Virus record (IMG/VR): IMGVR_UViG_3300021356_000099 | Span: 1 to 31,313 of that record | Length of the DNA: 31,313 nt | Direction: 5' to 3' (one strand) | Origin: a virus | Lineage: Duplodnaviria > Caudoviricetes | Shown: in pieces, positions 1 through 8,069 of the stretch | Layout: each line of letters opens with the position of its first letter | Position numbering within the stretch: position 1 is the first letter of the stretch | Translations under genes and position numbers: made by a program | Notes under the pieces: generated by a model | Seen by the model: the letters and a program-made list of their open reading frames with translations, nothing else | What the model was told of the DNA's origin: nothing | Database searches by the model: none

Positions 1-495
1 AAAGATGGGTCTATCAGTTCAACTGCTGAGTTTCAACCTTCTGCAAATGTTAATATTCTATCTGATACAGGTGCAGTAACCTTTGGCACAGCAAGTGATG
101 CAGTCGTAGTTCGTGGTGCCGCCGATACGCTTGAAATGCGCCGCACAATCAATCCACAGAACTTCAATGTCTATAACACGTATTCAGATAACTCAAACTA
201 TGAGCGCGGCACAGTTTCATGGGATTCAGATAACTTTATCATTGGAACTGAATCAACAGGTTCTGGTCTAACACGAAACATTAAGATTGTTGTTGAATCA
301 GAGAAAATGGCAGCAAATACTACACATGTAAGTATGAATGTGCCAACAAATCTGAAAGCATATACCGTTGCAACATTACCAACCGGAGTTGCCGGTGATT
401 TAATTTTTGTGAGTGATGAAACTGGTGGTGCAACATTGGCCTTTTCTGATGGTACAGATTGGCGACGTGTTCAAGATCGTGCTGTTGTAAGCTAA
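1..495 (+). CDS. Tail fibre/virion structural protein, C-terminal part (5' truncated by the window edge)
   Basis: Frame is open from base 1 (KDGSISSTAEF...). C-terminus YTVATLP..GDLIFVSDETGGATLAFSDGTDWRRVQDRAVVS resembles a recurring phage fibre C-terminal motif. Confidence 0.6.
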   Translation, partial: KDGSISSTAEFQPSANVNILSDTGAVTFGTASDAVVVRGAADTLEMRRTINPQNFNVYNTYSDNSNYERGTVSWDSDNFIIGTESTGSGLTRNIKIVVESEKMAANTTHVSMNVPTNLKAYTVATLPTGVAGDLIFVSDETGGATLAFSDGTDWRRVQDRAVVS

Positions 496-505
496 GGAGA
501 TAAAA

Positions 506-814
506 ATGGCTGGAACTATTAAATTGACTGTTGAAGGCGATACTGTTGGCATGCTTGCCGATGGCAATGGTGTAGAAATCATTAAGTCGGTGTCTGACGC
601 AGATGCAGAACGTCTTATTATGGCGTATGGTGTACTTTATGCAGACAAGTGGAAAGACGAAAATGGTGCGCCATTTGTTCCAACGACCGAGCAGATTCTA
701 GTAGAATGGTTTAATGGTATTGTTGAAGGTAGTAGAAACGCCGTTTTGAAGTTTGAAAAAACTGAGGCTTCTAAGCAGGCGGCAGAAGCCATTCAGAAAA
801 TTGAAATTACGTAA
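506..814 (+). CDS. Hypothetical protein (possible fibre-associated chaperone)
   Basis: 102 aa ORF with AAGGAG RBS, tightly packed between the fibre and gp8 genes. Function is inferred from position only. Confidence 0.6.
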   Translation: MAGTIKLTVEGDTVGMLADGNGVEIIKSVSDADAERLIMAYGVLYADKWKDENGAPFVPTTEQILVEWFNGIVEGSRNAVLKFEKTEASKQAAEAIQKIEIT

Positions 815-823
815 GGTTAAGTA

Positions 824-2851
824 ATGACCAAGTTGACAACATCTGCGTTTAAAGCACATACTATTCAACAGATTATAGAGTCTGTTGATGAAGTTGCGAA
901 CACTTCTTATTATGTGTTTGCTGCGCAACATGTGCCTCGAACATCAAATACACTACCAACGCCGTCTGATATGACACGAACAACGACGGTTGATGTTTAT
1001 AATAAAATGCTCTTTGGTAAGCGTATTACACCAAATGATATAAAGCCAATGATTCGTAGTGTTGAATGGACCACTGGCACAAAGTATGCGATGTATGATG
1101 ACACGGATGCTGATTTGTTAACAAAAGATTTTTTTGTTTATGTTGATGAGACTGCATATCTTCATGTTTACAAGTGTCTTGATAATAACATGAATGCAGA
1201 AAGCACTGCTGTGCCAACATTCTCACATGTTGTTAACTCAAACACCAATATGTATCAGACATCTGATGGTTATCGTTGGAAATATATGTATTCAATCACA
1301 CGAACTGAATATGATCAGTTCGCCACCAGCAAATATATTCCTGTTGTTGCTAATACTGATGTTGAGTCATATGCCGGACGTGGTGCAATTGATGTAATCA
1401 AAGTCGAAGACGGTGGTCGTCAATATAACAATTATACATCCGGAACTTTTGTTGGTCTTGATCTTCGTATTGGTGGTAACTCTGCACTCTATCAAGTGCA
1501 GAATAACACAGTCAAAACAACAAATGGTTACTATACTGGATGCATCATGTATCTTTCTGCGGGTGATGGCGCCGGGCAATATAAAACCATTGCAAACAAC
1601 TTCAGCAATACTACCGGTACATTCGTTGTTGTCAACTCTGCTTTCTCGACTCCACCACAGAATGGAACGACGTTTGAGATCAATCCAGAAGTTGTTGTTA
1701 CTGGTGATGGTCTACAGACAACAAATGCCGTTGCACGTGCTTTGGTGAATGCCACAGCATCAAATTCTGTGTATCGTGTTGAGATGTTGAATCGTGGTGC
1801 TAACTATCAGTATCATGTTGCTAATGTCGTAGCAAATGCTGTTGTTGGTGTTTCTTCAACTGCTAACGTTCGTCCAATCTATGCGCCGGCTGATGGTCAT
1901 GGTGCAAATTCAATAGTTGAGCTTGGTGCTAATCATTTCTGTTTTGGTATCAACTTTGCTAACTCAGAAGCCAATACTATTCCGATTCTTAACTCATATG
2001 AGCAGATTGGTATTCTGAAAGATCCTGTATTTGCTAACGTGGCATTTACTTATTCTAGTGCAAATGGCACATTCCAGAATGGCGAAATGGTTCATAAAAT
2101 CAAACCGGTTCGTGTTGCTGTAAATGCCACAATGAATACGACATCAAACACGCTTAGTTCGAACACTGCTGATTTTGAAAATCAATTTAGTCCGGGTGAC
2201 TACGTATATCTGAAAGCTTCAAATAACGCAGCACATATGCTTTCAACTGTTGTTAGCATCACAAGCAATTCTGCTCTTGAACTAGATTCTGTTGGGACCT
2301 TTGCTTGTACAGACATTCTGATATATAAAGCAAATACTTCTGCGAATGCAATTGTTCAGGGAACTACAAATACGACTCATATGACATTCAGCAATGTTTC
2401 AGGCGTCTTTGGTACTCAAGATTTGTATGTTGGCAAAACAACTGGTGCTAAAGCTGTTGTTGAAACTGTTATTCGTAATGATGTCACCAAAGGATTTGAT
2501 ACTTTCATTCAGATGCATAAATATACCGGAAGCATGTCATCTGGCACATTTACACAGAATGAGTTGGTATACCAAGGTGTTGATGCCAACACTTCAACGG
2601 CCAATGGATTTATTCATAGTGCTGATATTGATGGTGGAGTTGCAACAATTTTTCTAACGAATCAGATCGGTGTCTTTGACACGACTGGTTCCATGGAAGG
2701 TAATACTTCTTCGGCCTCTGCTTCTCTGACTAATAAATACTCACCAGAGCTGCTATATGGTTCTGGTGATGTTCTGATGCTAGAAAATATCAATGCCGTA
2801 ACAAGAGCGAACAATCAGTCCGAATCATTGAAGATACTGTTTGAATTTTAA
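824..2851 (+). CDS. gp8: Baseplate wedge subunit, gp8-like, with inserted beta-rich modules
   Basis: Motifs WTTGTKYAMYD, VYKCLDNN, SDGYRWKYMYSI, GHGAN, YEQIGILKDP and C-terminal ENINAVTRANNQSESLKILFEF are typical of T4-like gp8. Confidence 0.85.
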   Translation: MTKLTTSAFKAHTIQQIIESVDEVANTSYYVFAAQHVPRTSNTLPTPSDMTRTTTVDVYNKMLFGKRITPNDIKPMIRSVEWTTGTKYAMYDDTDADLLTKDFFVYVDETAYLHVYKCLDNNMNAESTAVPTFSHVVNSNTNMYQTSDGYRWKYMYSITRTEYDQFATSKYIPVVANTDVESYAGRGAIDVIKVEDGGRQYNNYTSGTFVGLDLRIGGNSALYQVQNNTVKTTNGYYTGCIMYLSAGDGAGQYKTIANNFSNTTGTFVVVNSAFSTPPQNGTTFEINPEVVVTGDGLQTTNAVARALVNATASNSVYRVEMLNRGANYQYHVANVVANAVVGVSSTANVRPIYAPADGHGANSIVELGANHFCFGINFANSEANTIPILNSYEQIGILKDPVFANVAFTYSSANGTFQNGEMVHKIKPVRVAVNATMNTTSNTLSSNTADFENQFSPGDYVYLKASNNAAHMLSTVVSITSNSALELDSVGTFACTDILIYKANTSANAIVQGTTNTTHMTFSNVSGVFGTQDLYVGKTTGAKAVVETVIRNDVTKGFDTFIQMHKYTGSMSSGTFTQNELVYQGVDANTSTANGFIHSADIDGGVATIFLTNQIGVFDTTGSMEGNTSSASASLTNKYSPELLYGSGDVLMLENINAVTRANNQSESLKILFEF

Positions 2852-2865
2852 GGGATACTATAGAT

Positions 2866-5800
2866 ATGCCGTTGAAAACACCACTGAGTAATGCACCATA
2901 CTATGATGACTACTCACCCGACAAAGATTTCTACCGTGTTCTGTTTCAGCCCGGTGTAAGTGTTCAAACACGTGAACTTAACCAGTTGCAATCTATTCTG
3001 CAACAGCAGGTTGAGCGGTTTGGTGACAATATATTCACAACGGGCACGATTATTGATGGTTGCAATTTTACGTTTTATAATCCTGCGCCATATATCAAAA
3101 TAAATGATTTGCAGTCAGATAACACAACCACGGCTATTCCTTCTAATTTTGTAGACTTGAATATCAAATCAAATGTTACGGGGCTCCGTGCTTATATTCA
3201 AGATTATGCAGATGGATTCGAGTCCAGTGATCCGGATCTTAAAACACTATATCTCAATTATGTCAACTCTGGTGATAATGGAACAACTACCGAATTTACG
3301 CCGGGCGAGACACTAGAAGTGTATGACTACCAACGCTCAGTAAGTGAATATACTATAACAAATGGTGGTATCAATTTTTCTAACTCAGATACCGTAATTG
3401 CAACATCTGCTCTTGTTGCTAATGTTACATCTGGTTCCTTTACAGTTGGTCAGTATATTAATGATGGCGGAACAGCAAATGTTGAAATCGTTGCGATTGA
3501 TACAGCAACTCTTGCTGATAATGGCCAGGAAATTTGGTCCATTAAACCACGTGACGAAGATCTAGCAAATGCATTCGTAACATCAACGGCCTGGTCAATT
3601 GCAAATAATTCTTCAATTGCTGATAGTGGTGCTACCGCTACAGCAACAGTAGAGAGAGTTATTGGATCTGGTATCGAAGCTATTGTTGAAACAAACGCAG
3701 TTGGTCGTATCACAAAAATTACTAATACTAATAATGGTTCTGGTTACACTACCCCACCAATTATTTCTGTTAAGTCTGATGATAATAGCACCGGCATTTC
3801 TGCTTTTGATGTTACCGCACATAACTTTAAAGCACAAGTTGTAGTTTCTACTGTTTCAGATGCCGTGGGAAATGGTTATGCATTTGGCGTTTCTGAAGGC
3901 GTGGTTTATCAACGTGGTTACTTTCAGAGAGCAGCTGCACAACGTGTAACAGTATCGAAATATAATACATTACCAGATAATTTGGCAGTCGGTTTCGAAA
4001 CTATTGAAACTTTGATTACCCCGGATATTGATACAAGTTTGCTTGATAACGCAACCGGCGAACCAAACGAGTTGGCACCTGGTGCGAATCGAATGAAGCT
4101 AGAACCTCGTTTGATTATTTCGAATACTGAAGTTGCAACAAGTAATACTGAATTTTTCACTTTGGTTGAATTTAGTAATGGTCGAGCATTCAAACAAAAT
4201 CGTACTACGCAATATAATAAAATCAATGACGAGATGGCACGAAGAACACGCGAAGAGTCGGGTGATTATGTCATTGATAAGTTTCTAATTAGTACAAAAC
4301 AGCCAACAGATTTTATTGCAAATACATATGTTTTAACAGTAGATCCTGGTAGTGCTTATATTGATGGTTATCGTACTGCTACATTTGATACGTTTTCGAC
4401 ATCGCTTTCAAGGATTGCAGATACAAAACTTACCTCACAGAATATTTCATTAGCATATGGTAATTACGTAGTTGTCGATAATGTTGTAGGACTATTTCAG
4501 TTCTCAACAGGTGATACAATCAATTTATATGACACCGCAACAAGTTATCTTGATGACATTACTAATGTTCAAACTGGTACTATTACACCTACTGGTAATA
4601 TTATCGGTACTGCGCGTATCAGATCAATGGTGCCATTAGGAAATATCATTCCAGAAAATGCACAAATCGGTTCAGCTGCATCACAATATAGATTACATCT
4701 ATTTGAAGTTAACATGAACTCCGGTAAAAATTTCACAGATGTTCGTGGTCTTCATTATAATGGCACATCTTATGAAGGAATTGCTGATGTTGTTACGGTA
4801 ACGCAAGGTACAACAAACAATCAAATTGCTGAGCTTGGCGATCGAACAAATTCGAAATTGCTTTTCTATTCGGGTGTTGATTCTATTCATAATGCCAATG
4901 CAATTAGTTATACATATCGCACTATTGAGCAAACAACCGCCTTTGCTAATACCGGCACATTGACTTATAATATTTCAGCAGCATCTGATGAATTCTTTTT
5001 AACAACAGGTGCAATGTCAGATTTGCAATTGCGCGAACTATATGTTGCACCGCTGAACGCTGATCTGGTATTGCCTTCTCCTGTTACCGGTACTGTAAAC
5101 TATGGAACTGGCGCAAACACTGTTACGACAACAGCTGATTTGACAAGTGAACTTGTAGCAGGTGATTATGTTTCGGTGTTTGCAAACACATCAGGCGACT
5201 CATCGCTTCATCAGGTGACAAAGGTTGTTAATTCATCTGTCATTCAGCTTGACCGTGTTGGTGAATATGCCAATACCGTTGCTACGATGCGCAGAACATT
5301 CCCGAAACATGTTGCAATGCCATTTGGTCTAAGATCCGGTCTGTCTGGTTCTATTGATGGCACAAAGCAAATTTTGACGCTAACGATGCCTGCTTTTGAT
5401 TTGGCGACTGCACAGACTGCAGCACTTGCAATCGATATTCAACGTACTGGTGCTGCGCGAAAAACAAAAACACCAAATAGGACGCGTTATGTTAAGATCG
5501 ATACATCAAATAATGCTGGTGGTATCTCTGGACCTTGGTGCCTGGGTGTTCCTGATGTTTTCCGTCTGCGTAACGTATATCATTCTGGAAATTCAACCAT
5601 TACTACTTCTTCTAACTCAGTAATTTCTGATTTTGTAGTTGATACGAACCAGAATCCTAACTATTATGGTCTATCATATCTGACTAAAAACCCAAGAACA
5701 CGCACTAGTATTACATCAGGAGATTATCTCTTAGTTGAGTTTGACTATTTTACTGAATCAGGTGCAGGTGGTTTCTTTGATCCCATTTCGTATGTTTCAT

Positions 5801-7449
5801 CAAACACCGAGCAGCGTGTTTTAGTTGATAGTCAACCACTTTCAAATATTACTTCAACTATTCACTCTTCTGAAATTGGTTATACGATTTCGAATGATGG
5901 AGTTGAGTATGATTTGTTGAGTCATTTTGATTTCCGCCCATATGCTGCAAATACCGCAGGCCCTGGTGGTTCGGCAGCAGCCGCTCCTATCAACCCAGAA
6001 GAAACTGTCGGTTTTGGCGATACAGCAGATCCGACCAATAATAAAAAATTTCCATTACCCGGTTCTATTATGAGTGCTTCTGTGTCGGCATTCATGGCTA
6101 GACTTGACACGGTATTTCTAAATCGGTATGGCCAGTTTACAGTTACTTCTGGTAATCCAGCTTCAAATAAAAATAATGTGCAAAGCGCCAATCGACCAAA
6201 TGGTAATATCAAACTTGGTGACATTTATGTTCCGCCATATCCGAATATTCCAGTATCTGTGGTTGATACTCAAATGTCAGAAATTTTGAATAATCGTACT
6301 TATAATATAGAAGCTAGTACGGCACGACGAAAAAATCGTACAATTACACGTCACACCGTTGAAACAACCACAACCGATATCACACAAGTTCGTGGTATGA
6401 CAATGGAAGATATTAACCAACTTGAGCGCAGAATTGATGATCTTGAATATTATATGAACCTTTCATTGCTTGAATCTGATATCAAAGATCGGGTTATCCC
6501 ATCATCAAATGATGCAAATCTCAATCGATTTAAGTTTGGTTTTTTTGCAGATGGCTTTGATAATTATAACCGTCTTGCTACAACAAATCCTAAGTTTGCT
6601 GCAGTAGTTGATGATTCAGCGCTTGTTCCAATTAAACATAAGTGGGTAGCACAATTCAATTTTGATGAAACATCTTGGGGTGATTATGTAGAAGTACCGT
6701 TATTGTCACAAGAAAACTCGTCAGATCCTGCTGATGTTATTGAACCACCCTGTTTGCCAAACACACAGATTGCTAATACTAATGCCTTTAGAACAAAGTT
6801 TGATGCAACGCGAGTCGGTAATACAGTATCTTCATATATTGATTCATGGGAATTGACTTTTGCCGGTGGTGCACAGGAAACCGATTTTGGTACTATTGAA
6901 TTTGTAAATTCGACCGCAAAAGTTTTCTTTTATGCGTATGACAAAAACATCAAGGTAGAAATTTATCAAGGCTCAACACTGCTTGCATCTACCGCCAATG
7001 CAGTTGCATTAACATCACAAGAAAAAACAGCTGTAGTATCACCTGATAAATCATCATGGTTCGATGATGATTTTACTACTTATGGCATTGATACAACAGT
7101 ATCAACCGATTACGCAAACTATATGGGTAAGATTGAATTTACACATAATCCCACACTGGGTCGTAACTACACAATTAGAACATCTAAAGGTGCTGGTTCA
7201 TGGCGTTGGAAACTATTAGCTGAATATCCAATTGATAGAGCGACAGTTGGTTGTCCACCACCACCACCGGGAGAACCTGGTGCTCCCGGCGTTCCTGGTG
7301 CTCCTGGACGGCCTGGTGCTCCTGGTAGACCAGGTGCGCCCGGACAACCTGGTACTCCCGGACAACCTGGAAGATCTGGCTTCGGTCTAGAACAGGAGTT
7401 TGGTGATCCTAGCTGTAGTGATCCGGGCTCAGACGATTGCTCCTACTGA
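2866..7449 (+). CDS. VrlC/DUF4815-like large baseplate structural protein, N-terminal part, ending in a collagen-like tail
   Basis: N-terminus PYYDDY..KDFYRVLFQPGVSVQTRELNQLQSILQQQVERFG, plus APGANR, MTMEDINQLERRIDDLEYY.NLSLLE and RFKFGFFADGF; follows gp8 as in cyanomyoviruses. Confidence 0.85.
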   Translation: MPLKTPLSNAPYYDDYSPDKDFYRVLFQPGVSVQTRELNQLQSILQQQVERFGDNIFTTGTIIDGCNFTFYNPAPYIKINDLQSDNTTTAIPSNFVDLNIKSNVTGLRAYIQDYADGFESSDPDLKTLYLNYVNSGDNGTTTEFTPGETLEVYDYQRSVSEYTITNGGINFSNSDTVIATSALVANVTSGSFTVGQYINDGGTANVEIVAIDTATLADNGQEIWSIKPRDEDLANAFVTSTAWSIANNSSIADSGATATATVERVIGSGIEAIVETNAVGRITKITNTNNGSGYTTPPIISVKSDDNSTGISAFDVTAHNFKAQVVVSTVSDAVGNGYAFGVSEGVVYQRGYFQRAAAQRVTVSKYNTLPDNLAVGFETIETLITPDIDTSLLDNATGEPNELAPGANRMKLEPRLIISNTEVATSNTEFFTLVEFSNGRAFKQNRTTQYNKINDEMARRTREESGDYVIDKFLISTKQPTDFIANTYVLTVDPGSAYIDGYRTATFDTFSTSLSRIADTKLTSQNISLAYGNYVVVDNVVGLFQFSTGDTINLYDTATSYLDDITNVQTGTITPTGNIIGTARIRSMVPLGNIIPENAQIGSAASQYRLHLFEVNMNSGKNFTDVRGLHYNGTSYEGIADVVTVTQGTTNNQIAELGDRTNSKLLFYSGVDSIHNANAISYTYRTIEQTTAFANTGTLTYNISAASDEFFLTTGAMSDLQLRELYVAPLNADLVLPSPVTGTVNYGTGANTVTTTADLTSELVAGDYVSVFANTSGDSSLHQVTKVVNSSVIQLDRVGEYANTVATMRRTFPKHVAMPFGLRSGLSGSIDGTKQILTLTMPAFDLATAQTAALAIDIQRTGAARKTKTPNRTRYVKIDTSNNAGGISGPWCLGVPDVFRLRNVYHSGNSTITTSSNSVISDFVVDTNQNPNYYGLSYLTKNPRTRTSITSGDYLLVEFDYFTESGAGGFFDPISYVSSNTEQRVLVDSQPLSNITSTIHSSEIGYTISNDGVEYDLLSHFDFRPYAANTAGPGGSAAAAPINPEETVGFGDTADPTNNKKFPLPGSIMSASVSAFMARLDTVFLNRYGQFTVTSGNPASNKNNVQSANRPNGNIKLGDIYVPPYPNIPVSVVDTQMSEILNNRTYNIEASTARRKNRTITRHTVETTTTDITQVRGMTMEDINQLERRIDDLEYYMNLSLLESDIKDRVIPSSNDANLNRFKFGFFADGFDNYNRLATTNPKFAAVVDDSALVPIKHKWVAQFNFDETSWGDYVEVPLLSQENSSDPADVIEPPCLPNTQIANTNAFRTKFDATRVGNTVSSYIDSWELTFAGGAQETDFGTIEFVNSTAKVFFYAYDKNIKVEIYQGSTLLASTANAVALTSQEKTAVVSPDKSSWFDDDFTTYGIDTTVSTDYANYMGKIEFTHNPTLGRNYTIRTSKGAGSWRWKLLAEYPIDRATVGCPPPPPGEPGAPGVPGAPGRPGAPGRPGAPGQPGTPGQPGRSGFGLEQEFGDPSCSDPGSDDCSY
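7270..7380 (+). repeat. Collagen-like repeat, (Gly-X-Pro)x11 followed by GRSG
   Basis: GEP GAP GVP GAP GRP GAP GRP GAP GQP GTP GQP GRS G, preceded by CPPPPP. Confidence 0.95.
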
Positions 7450-7451
7450 CA

Positions 7452-7514
7452 CCAACAGCCGGTGAAGGTGGCGGTCGCGCCGGCAATAAAATAGTTTGCA
7501 CTGCTATGAATTAA
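7452..7514 (+). pseudogene. Out-of-frame remnant encoding PTAGEGGGRAGNKIVCTAMN*
   Basis: Read in the -1 frame just after the stop at 7449. Gly-rich linker plus KIVCTAMN resembles the start of a C-terminal domain I recall from other phage virion proteins; terminated by TAA at 7512-7514. Confidence 0.4.
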
Positions 7515-7565
7515 GATTGTTGGTAAATGTATATCAGATAAAAAATAAACACATAATGTCCATGT

Positions 7566-7573
7566 TATAAATA
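7566..7573 (+). promoter_or_regulatory. T4-type late promoter (gp55-dependent)
   Basis: Exact TATAAATA in the intergenic gap, upstream of ATG 7606. Confidence 0.8.
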
Positions 7574-7605
7574 TATTTCACGGACATTATCGATTGAGGA
7601 CAAGA

Positions 7606-8058
7606 ATGACAAATCTTACAGATATTACAAATGTAACAAGAAAGCGCAGAGTTTCAAGTGTAAGTTTATCTTTTGTTGGACTACTACCTAATACAAAATA
7701 CACTATTACGCTAAATGGCGAAGATATGGGGTTTTGCACTCGTGTTACTGGTATAAGTGCAACTGATTTTGGTGATGATTTGTTTACTAATGCTGAAGGC
7801 GTATTGTCTCTTGAGACTTTGATTGAAGTGCCAACTTTCGTAAATGCTTCAAAGAATAATACAATATATGATAAAAATCCTATTACTAAATTTGGTAGTG
7901 AGACACGCAATAATATTAGTACTGATGCAAAAGTAAAACGAAATATCCAACCCTCAAATCTTGTCTATGAAGTATCAAATTCTACTGGCTTATCAAAAGC
8001 CCAACGCGTAATAAACTCTGGCCAAATTTTAATACCTCATAATCAGGTAACAAACTAA
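7606..8058 (+). CDS. Structural protein corresponding to the middle segment of VrlC/DUF4815 proteins
   Basis: RVSSVSLSFVGLLPNTKY...LFTNAEG resembles the R...F...GLKPNT...L.TD..G segment. ATG 7606 is preferred over 7594 because of a GAGGA RBS. Confidence 0.6.
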   Translation: MTNLTDITNVTRKRRVSSVSLSFVGLLPNTKYTITLNGEDMGFCTRVTGISATDFGDDLFTNAEGVLSLETLIEVPTFVNASKNNTIYDKNPITKFGSETRNNISTDAKVKRNIQPSNLVYEVSNSTGLSKAQRVINSGQILIPHNQVTN

Positions 8059-8069
8059 AGGATTACATT

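Noticed and set aside
7447-7605. Stop-codon readthrough or recoding fusing 2866..7449 with the next ORF
   Set aside because: Further in-frame stops follow (TAG at 7492-7494), a late promoter and RBS lie in the gap, and all core genes read intact in the standard code.
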